Virus record (IMG/VR): IMGVR_UViG_3300033555_000001 | Coordinates: 1-64,000 of that record | Direction: 5' to 3' (one strand) | DNA from: a virus | Taxonomy: Duplodnaviria; Caudoviricetes | DNA length: 64,000 nucleotides | In this document: positions 57,685-64,000 of the stretch, in pieces | How the letters are laid out: each line of letters opens with the position of its first letter | Numbering within the stretch: the stretch's first letter is position 1 | Program-made: the position numbers and the translations under genes | The notes under the pieces: generated by a model | What the model saw: only the letters and a program-made list of their open reading frames with translations | What the model was told of the DNA's origin: nothing | Database searches by the model: none

Positions 57685-57752
57685 TTCAGCTCTGGTTGTA
57701 CGGTGTACTTTTCTAAAAAACTTGTATATAATCTCTCCTAACAGGAGTGGAT

Positions 57753-58061
57753 ATGAAAACAATCTACAAGTATGTGTTACCTTTTATGGAAATTGTGCAC
57801 ATTGATTTGCCAAAGGGTGCAGAGGTTATCAGGTGCGATGGGATCGAGGGCTTCATTTATATTTGGTGCGTAATTGACACTGAAGCTCCTCTTGAAAAGC
57901 GCACGTTTTACCTGTTTAAAACTGGCGCAAAAATAGATGATAATCTGAATTTAAAATATCTGGGCTGTGGTGCGATCTTTATTCAGATGGAATTAATGAT
58001 GTACATCTTTGAATCAAAAGATCCATGGCGCCCATATTCAGCTACTTCAACGGTGTGCTAG
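57753..58061 (+). CDS. Hypothetical protein
   Basis: MKTIYKY.LP...LP.GA..I pattern seen in phage proteins. Confidence 0.55.
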   Translation: MKTIYKYVLPFMEIVHIDLPKGAEVIRCDGIEGFIYIWCVIDTEAPLEKRTFYLFKTGAKIDDNLNLKYLGCGAIFIQMELMMYIFESKDPWRPYSATSTVC

Positions 58062-58062
58062 C

Positions 58063-58689
58063 ATGCTAATAGGAAATGCGCCAGTAATTCTTGGACCGTA
58101 CGGTTTAGACATTACTGAGTTTCTATTCTGCCAGGACATGCCAATTTCTTTAGTTGGCAGTACTGGCGTCTCCATACCCGACAATTTAAAGTTTACAGCT
58201 CCTCTAGTAAACGCGGTCAAAGCAGACCTCCATAAAAATAATATTAAGTTAGATGGGGTCTACATTTATTTGACGGCTAAAAATACAATTGTCCCTGCAA
58301 ATCAAGAACAGGCGCGACCGGGCTGGCACACTGATGGCTTTGGCTCAGCTGATCTGAACTATATTTGGTACGATAAAATCCCAACGGTGTTTTGTGCTGG
58401 TGAGCTTGAAGTATCTGACGATCATGAACTTTCAATGTTAGAGATGGCTCAAGGCTGTGAGGGCCGAGAGCTTAAAACCTATCCCAACCATTTCTTGTTG
58501 AAGCTAGACCAAACCGTAATCCATCGCTGTGGCACTTCAGAAAAGACCGAGCAGCGCGCATTTATCAAAATTTCAGTATCCAAGAACAAATACAACTTAC
58601 AGGGTAATGCTAAAAATTACCTGCTGAACTACGACTGGGACATGCTGCCGCGAAATCAAACTCGTAACAATCCACACAAGCCAGAATAA
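58063..58689 (+). CDS. Putative 2OG-Fe(II) dioxygenase-fold protein
   Basis: RPGWHTDG (HxD), distal VIHR, then R.F.K.S. Confidence 0.5.
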   Translation: MLIGNAPVILGPYGLDITEFLFCQDMPISLVGSTGVSIPDNLKFTAPLVNAVKADLHKNNIKLDGVYIYLTAKNTIVPANQEQARPGWHTDGFGSADLNYIWYDKIPTVFCAGELEVSDDHELSMLEMAQGCEGRELKTYPNHFLLKLDQTVIHRCGTSEKTEQRAFIKISVSKNKYNLQGNAKNYLLNYDWDMLPRNQTRNNPHKPE

Positions 58690-58953
58690 CCGTTACAAAA
58701 TATTTTTTTGGGATCAGTGTTATTTTCCAGAAAAGGTGATATTATTCTTCTTGTACCACTGGAGATTATATGCACAGCTCAAGATTACTGGCAACGCAGA
58801 TAAAATGCGGATTTTTGTTTCAGCCAGCAGGATTTTGGATTGGGGCGCACTGGTCGCGGCATAACAGACGCCTCTGCATTAATGTGCTGCCATGTTGCAC
58901 TATGTGGATCGCGCTACCAGGTGGAAATCTTCCAAACAAGGTTAAACTCTAAT

Positions 58954-59148
58954 ATGAAGACTAAAATGGCAGAGCAAAAAGACCTAGACATGGATCTTGT
59001 GTATTCAATTGTTCGTGCTGCAATAACTGCCGCGCGCCGTGATCAGATTAAAAAAGTTTCGACCCTAAGAGAAATTCTGATTACTGAATTTTGTGACAGA
59101 GCTGCTGTTAATGCGGCGTTGGTTATTTGGTCTGTTAATTCAGAATAA
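58954..59148 (+). CDS. Hypothetical protein
   Basis: Likely start MKTKMAEQ. Confidence 0.45.
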   Translation: MKTKMAEQKDLDMDLVYSIVRAAITAARRDQIKKVSTLREILITEFCDRAAVNAALVIWSVNSE

Positions 59149-59173
59149 TTCGAGAATATGAAGACTGAAATGA

Positions 59174-59398
59174 TTGTTCCAAGCTTACGATAATTTTAAC
59201 TTTTTTGGAGTTTTAATGGGCGTTGAACCTGGGGAAAAGCGAATCAAGGACTTTGGACTCTGGCTGGACGAGCCAATGGATCTTGACGAATTTTTTGGAA
59301 CGCCGCCGCCTTACCCAATAATGCTGACCAAAGCAAAAAGCGCTATCCTTAAACTGTGTGCAGCCGCCAAAGGAAAAATGTTAAAGAAAGTAGCTTAA
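59174..59398 (+). CDS. Hypothetical protein
   Basis: Fills the operon. Confidence 0.45.
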   Translation: MFQAYDNFNFFGVLMGVEPGEKRIKDFGLWLDEPMDLDEFFGTPPPYPIMLTKAKSAILKLCAAAKGKMLKKVA

Positions 59399-59407
59399 GG
59401 AAATAAG

Positions 59408-59749
59408 ATGAAAATCAAAACATCAGAATTAAAAGACGCCGCCCTTAATTATGCAGTGGCTCGGGCTTCGGGAAAGCGTCCGAGCATGTTTATATTCCAG
59501 CAGACCGGAAAATTGGCAGCGGAGCACAACTATTCAACAGACTGTGCACAGGGCGGGCCGGTCATTGATCGTGAACATATTGGCACTGATTGGTGCGGGT
59601 TTGGCGTCTGGGAGGCGTGGGACGACAAAACTATGCCGGCGCCGCGCTACACCGGCCCCACACGCTTGATCGCAGCTATGCGTTGCTACGTTGCCAGTTG
59701 TTTAGGGGGTGAAGTTGAGATCCCAGAGGAGCTTTGTAATGTTAATTAA
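59408..59749 (+). CDS. NinX/DUF2591-like phage protein, copy 1
   Basis: SEL...ALNYAVA...YST...GGP.I...GPT.LIAAMRC.V....G.EVEIPEEL. Confidence 0.75.
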   Translation: MKIKTSELKDAALNYAVARASGKRPSMFIFQQTGKLAAEHNYSTDCAQGGPVIDREHIGTDWCGFGVWEAWDDKTMPAPRYTGPTRLIAAMRCYVASCLGGEVEIPEELCNVN

Positions 59750-60083
59750 AGTTAATACTTTGGCCGACCTTGCCCTTAACTGGGCAGTTGCGAAAGCGCT
59801 TGGGGAATACGAGCACAACCTTGAGCCAAAGCAGTTTACGAAGCTGCACGATGCTGGGGAGTTTCACTATTCAACCGACTTGTTCCAAGGTGGGTCAATC
59901 ATCGAGTGGGAACGTATTAACCCTACACCGTACACGGTCGGCAAAGATTGGTTCGCCACGCTACCGAATGCCACGGGCGGTGTATGTGTTACAGGCCCCA
60001 CCCTGCTCATTGCAGCCATGCGCTGCTTTGTGACATCGAAGTTGGGAGAGGAAATTGAAATACCCGATGAGTTGTTAAGTTAA
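59739..60083 (+). CDS. NinX/DUF2591-like phage protein, copy 2
   Basis: Tandem paralog with the same motifs. Confidence 0.75.
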   Translation: MLIKVNTLADLALNWAVAKALGEYEHNLEPKQFTKLHDAGEFHYSTDLFQGGSIIEWERINPTPYTVGKDWFATLPNATGGVCVTGPTLLIAAMRCFVTSKLGEEIEIPDELLS

Positions 60084-60205
60084 AACTTAATATGGAGCTG
60101 ACATGGCTGAGCCAATGGATCTTGACAGATATTTTGGCACGGCCCCACCACCCTCTAAACTAGTGATTGCAGTACGGGGTTGGTTTAAAAAATTGGGAGG
60201 ATAAA

Positions 60206-61057
60206 TTGCCAGAAGGCCCGGAAGTTAAACGTGTTGCCACAGGACTAAACGATGTTATCACTGGTCTTACCATAACCGGTGCAGAAATTATTAGTGGTCG
60301 ATACACCCGTGTTGGTGAAGCTCTTGGGCTGTCTGCTCTAGTTGGCTGTACGGTAACTGGTGTGCGGTGCAAAGGCAAATTAATTGTATTTGATTTTATT
60401 TCCGGCGCAGGTAATAAATTTTCGGCGCTGAGCACGCTTGGCATGACCGGCTTTTGGACACCGGATTCCAGATTCAAGTACAAACGACTTGAGTTTAAGT
60501 TCAGTGATGGCAGTCAAGTCGGGTACCATGACCCTCGTAACTTTGGCACTTTTAAAATTGTTAGCACTGAACAGGCGCAGAAAAAACTCAATGAGTTGGG
60601 CCCAGACATTTTGGATGTTCAGCTCAGCAATAGAACCGAGTTACTAAAACAGTTTATTTCTCGAATAGAACGCTATGGCAAAAATCACACGCTTGCCACG
60701 GCACTACTGGACCAACGAATTGCCGCTGGTAGTGGGAACTACATCAGAGCTGATGCAATGTACCTGGCTGAGCTCTCACCACACCTGGAAGTGCACACGC
60801 TGGACCATGACCGGTTAAAGAGAGTGTGGACTGCACTTACGGAAATTGGCGAGGCGGTAGAACTAAATCGTTATCCACGCTTATTTTTACTGGGGGTAAG
60901 CAACAGGCTTGCTGAATTATCTCAGCGGGTACCGGTGTTTGACGAGTATCAGCACTTGGTTTACTACCAGCAGACATCTCCATTTGGTACTCCGGTTACT
61001 TCATACCGAGATAAAAATAAACGGACTGTTTGGTACGCTCCAGAGGAGCAGCGCTGA
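60206..61057 (+). CDS. Fpg/Nei-family DNA glycosylase
   Basis: GGGAGG RBS then TTG-PEGPEV; R.KGKL, LGMTG, D.RNFG, LLDQ..AG.GNYIR.D. Confidence 0.88.
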   Translation: MPEGPEVKRVATGLNDVITGLTITGAEIISGRYTRVGEALGLSALVGCTVTGVRCKGKLIVFDFISGAGNKFSALSTLGMTGFWTPDSRFKYKRLEFKFSDGSQVGYHDPRNFGTFKIVSTEQAQKKLNELGPDILDVQLSNRTELLKQFISRIERYGKNHTLATALLDQRIAAGSGNYIRADAMYLAELSPHLEVHTLDHDRLKRVWTALTEIGEAVELNRYPRLFLLGVSNRLAELSQRVPVFDEYQHLVYYQQTSPFGTPVTSYRDKNKRTVWYAPEEQR

Positions 61058-61064
61058 AAATAAA

Positions 61065-61094
61065 ATAGGGAGCCAATGGCTCCCTATCATTTTT
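61065..61094. terminator. Bidirectional terminator
   Basis: ATAGGGAGCC/GGCTCCCTAT between convergent genes. Confidence 0.75.
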
Positions 61095-61110
61095 ACAACA
61101 CAGCAGTCAG

Positions 61111-61428
61111 TTACTTCAAGCTGCGAAAGAGCAAGCCAGCAAGAAATCCAACAGCTGCTGCAATACCAACGGCAGCGGCTGGTTGTTCACGAACTTGAGC
61201 GCGGCTCTTATTCATGGCTGCAGCGTGGGCGTCTTTTAACTGCGCACCCTTAACTTTTGCAGCAGCGCTTGCCTCTGTAGCCTTTGACATGAAGCGGTCA
61301 ATAATAGGCTTTGCTTTTGTTTCAACCGTGCTCTGTGCAAAACGAGCCGAACCAGCTGCAGCGGTTACTGCGTCCAAGCCGGCTTTTTCGGCCTGGTCAA
61401 TCACTGGGGTTTTTGGAAAAGTGTCCAT
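61111..61428 (-). CDS. ElaB/YqjD (DUF883)-like membrane-anchored protein
   Basis: C-terminal VREQP.AAVGIAAAVGFL.GLL. Confidence 0.75.
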   Translation of the reverse strand: MDTFPKTPVIDQAEKAGLDAVTAAAGSARFAQSTVETKAKPIIDRFMSKATEASAAAKVKGAQLKDAHAAAMNKSRAQVREQPAAAVGIAAAVGFLAGLLFRSLK

Positions 61429-61443
61429 AATAAGTCTCCTTAA

Positions 61444-61719
61444 TTAACGGCAGTATCTGACGTTATTTTCAATAAAGCAATCACTGCGGCGATCATTGCT
61501 GCCACGGTGGTCGTAAGTACGTCCATTGCGCTGAATTTGCGATCCAATTAACCCGCCAACTGCAGCACCGCCAATAACTGATGCTGTGTTGCCACCAATT
61601 AATTGTCCGGCAACTGCGCCAATAGCTGCACCACCAAGTACATTTCGTTCGGTTGGAGACATGTTAGCACAGCCACTCAGTGCTGAAACTGCAAAAACTA
61701 CTGCGATTAGTGATTTCAT
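61444..61719 (-). CDS. OsmB-like glycine-zipper lipoprotein
   Basis: Lipobox LSGC; GAAIGAVAG.LIGG...GAAVGGLIG. Confidence 0.75.
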   Translation of the reverse strand: MKSLIAVVFAVSALSGCANMSPTERNVLGGAAIGAVAGQLIGGNTASVIGGAAVGGLIGSQIQRNGRTYDHRGSNDRRSDCFIENNVRYCR

Positions 61720-61997
61720 TTTGACTCCGGTGTAACAGTAACTGATCCACGCTTGACATCAACGTCTGGCGCAGTAAAATCAACGTCTGGTGTTTTTACG
61801 TTTGGAACAGTAACAGTCTGGTCTTCCATCTTGATAATAGGAGAACCGTCAGCTGCTGTCTTTACATCAGGGGTAAAGAACAGGAAAAACATCAGCGCAA
61901 TAAAGGCAATAATACCAACCACGGTAATAATTAACCCGGTGTTTGATTTCTTGCCCGCCTTTAATTCTGAATCAGTGTTTTGATTTCGTGGTACCAT
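61716..61997 (-). CDS. Single-TM protein with VxxPxV repeats
   Basis: TM segment, VPNVKTPDVDFTAPDVDV; TAAATA at 62036. Confidence 0.6.
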   Translation of the reverse strand: MVPRNQNTDSELKAGKKSNTGLIITVVGIIAFIALMFFLFFTPDVKTAADGSPIIKMEDQTVTVPNVKTPDVDFTAPDVDVKRGSVTVTPESK

Positions 61998-62216
61998 GTG
62001 ATTCTCCTTAGTAGATGATCAAAGCGATCTTAGGTTATTTAGCAGAAATACCTTTTAAGCAATGCTTTTTAATCTCAGTTTAACCCGAGCGCGGCTCATA
62101 GCGCGGTCATGCGTTGTACATTTATCGGCTATAATGTATAATGATTAAATCAACAGCAAAGTCCTATCAAACCAGACAATACTCTGACAGATTTTAAATG
62201 CAAGCGGGATGTTAAA

Positions 62217-62477
62217 ATGAAAGCTAAACTAAGACGTTATCGCCGGCGGTTGTGGTGCTGGTGGGTTGAATGCAAAAGAGAACACTGCTGGATTAGCGCC
62301 GATGCGATTTCAACAATGATTGCCGAGCGCAAACGGCAAGACTCGCCAAAAACAGAACCTGAAAACATTTTAGCAAACGCAGCACCCGTACGAGAAGAGC
62401 GCGCGTGTGTTGAGTGCGGACGGCGCGAGTACCTTAAAAATAAAGACTGGATTAACTTTGGCCCGCGTTCGCAATAA
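62217..62477 (+). CDS. Hypothetical protein
   Basis: 86 aa with CVECG. Confidence 0.4.
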   Translation: MKAKLRRYRRRLWCWWVECKREHCWISADAISTMIAERKRQDSPKTEPENILANAAPVREERACVECGRREYLKNKDWINFGPRSQ

Positions 62478-62589
62478 AGGATTTATAATCCGCACAAGCG
62501 GGTGTACATAGATCACCTCCACGAATTAAAGAAGTGAACCTGAATTTTAAAAGGTGTATAATACACACAGTTCTATACACAGGTAAAAC

Positions 62590-64000
62590 ATGACAAAGCA
62601 TATTGCACAAACGTATCACGTCTTAGACGAGATAGAGCACGTCCGAAAGCGGACGGGAATGTACGCAGGCTCTACTGAACTTACTTCTTCAAACGAGTGG
62701 GTCTATGATCCTGCTGCCAAGAAAATGGTAAAGCGAGATGTTCAGTACATTCCAGCTTTTGTCAAAATCTTTTCTGAAATTCTGGACAACGCAATTGATG
62801 AAGCCCGCCGCCACGGCGTGTGTGATGCTATTCGAGTAGAGTTTGACCAAGACGGTTCTATTTCGGTAACTGATAATGGTTCAGGTATTCCAGTTCAAAT
62901 TCACCCGCAAACCGGCAAGTACGTTGCTGAGACGGTTTTTTCTAATCTGCGAGCTGGTTCTAATTTCAATGACTCTGAAGACCAACAATTAATCGGTACT
63001 AACGGAGTCGGCAGCACGCTCACAAATATCCTGTCAAAACACTTTAGAGTTGAGTCGTGCGACGGTAAAAAGCTGCTTCGTCAGGATTTTTATAATGGTT
63101 TGCGCGAGCGCACAGACCCAAAGATTACGGCCCACAATAAAAAGTATACTAAAATCACCTTTACTCCGGACTATGAGTTCTTTAAACTCACTGAGCTCAG
63201 CACTGACCACGTGCTAAAGATGACAAAAAAGGTTGCCGACGCTGCTGCATGTAATCCAGCAGTCAAGTTCTATGTGAACGGCGAACGGTTAAATGTTGCA
63301 GACTTTGGCGACTACATTGCTCTCTATGCCACTGATTTTGTATACGATGACACCACAGATTGGAAGGTCGGTATCTCGGCGTCAGACGGCTTTGAGCAAG
63401 TTTCCTTTGTTAATTCCGTAGAGACTTATCAGGGTGGCACGCACGTGTTCTATGTAATGGATCAGATTACTGAAGCCATTCGCACGTTCTTGAAGAAAAA
63501 ATACAAAGCAGACGTGAAGCCCGCCGATATTCGCAATCACATGCGCGTATACATTAGCGCAAACGTGAACCGCCCTAAGTTTTCAAGTCAGACAAAAGAA
63601 AACATGATCAGTCAGCCCGGCACCTACAAGACTAGCTGGCAGGTGCCGGACAAAATGATCACAAAACTGTTGAAGTCCCCAATCATTCAAACAGTGCTGG
63701 ACTGGATTGAAGCCAAGGCAAAAGCTGCCGAGCTTGCTGAGCTCCGTAAGCTGAATAAGGACGCCAGCAAGACTAACCCAAAGCGCGTTGATAAGTTTGA
63801 CGACGCCGTGGAAAAGACTGATCGTCACCTGTGCGAGTGCTATTTTACCGAGGGCGATTCCGCACGAAACTCAATTCAGTCTGCACGCGGTAAAAACAGG
63901 CATATTGGTTCGTTTTCTCTGCGGGGCAAGCCAACTAATGTGTATGACGAGGACATCAAGGAGTTAATTAAGCCTCGCAAGAGTGGTGAGCTCTCTGAAT
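62590..64000 (+). CDS. Type II DNA topoisomerase ATPase/TOPRIM subunit, 3' partial
   Basis: EHVRKRTGMYAGS, EILDNAIDE, DNGSGIP, GTNGVGS, FTEGDSA, LRGKP; runs off the window so it is absent from the track. Confidence 0.93.
   Translation, partial: MTKHIAQTYHVLDEIEHVRKRTGMYAGSTELTSSNEWVYDPAAKKMVKRDVQYIPAFVKIFSEILDNAIDEARRHGVCDAIRVEFDQDGSISVTDNGSGIPVQIHPQTGKYVAETVFSNLRAGSNFNDSEDQQLIGTNGVGSTLTNILSKHFRVESCDGKKLLRQDFYNGLRERTDPKITAHNKKYTKITFTPDYEFFKLTELSTDHVLKMTKKVADAAACNPAVKFYVNGERLNVADFGDYIALYATDFVYDDTTDWKVGISASDGFEQVSFVNSVETYQGGTHVFYVMDQITEAIRTFLKKKYKADVKPADIRNHMRVYISANVNRPKFSSQTKENMISQPGTYKTSWQVPDKMITKLLKSPIIQTVLDWIEAKAKAAELAELRKLNKDASKTNPKRVDKFDDAVEKTDRHLCECYFTEGDSARNSIQSARGKNRHIGSFSLRGKPTNVYDEDIKELIKPRKSGELSE

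Noticed and set aside
60167-60205. Track start of Fpg/Nei
   Set aside because: The catalytic N-terminal Pro-Glu requires the TTG at 60206, which has a GGGAGG RBS.
63583-63828. Minus-strand ORF 81 aa
   Set aside because: Antisense shadow of topoisomerase II.
1-64000. Alternative genetic code or suppressor tRNA
   Set aside because: Conserved genes read full length in the standard code and no CTA/TCA/TTA anticodon was found.

Overview
This window looks like a segment of a large lytic dsDNA (jumbo) phage, probably infecting a Proteobacterium. The basis is T4-style late promoters (TAAATA), a phage-type topoisomerase II, tail fibres, about 16 tRNA or tRNA-like genes and dense small ORFs. No rRNA, CRISPR array or integrase was seen. 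Contents in order: (1) a glycine-rich structural gene; (2) a tRNA array preceded by a 40-codon leader ORF and mutually exclusive antiterminator/terminator hairpins; (3) structural genes and early-type paralog cassettes with repeated promoters; (4) a candidate virion ADP-ribosyltransferase and UvsE; (5) a TAXI periplasmic binding protein followed by a four-member family resembling the T4 holin T periplasmic domain; (6) an HD hydrolase, DHFR and a bactofilin; (7) a yeaG/prkA - split yeaH - ycgB/spoVR operon interrupted by two endonuclease genes; (8) three tail fibres and a nucleotidyltransferase; (9) a dispersed cytosine-hypermodification set (dCMP-type TS-fold enzyme, dNMP kinase, T4 BGT-like transferase, SIS isomerase, NTP-transferase/kinase); (10) a DinG helicase, Fpg/Nei, ElaB-like and glycine-zipper envelope proteins, and the start of topoisomerase II. 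The best candidate for a new system is a leader-peptide attenuator whose codons match the phage's own tRNA set, which would switch on the tRNA array when host translation stalls. All protein family calls come from motif recognition by eye, not database searches.
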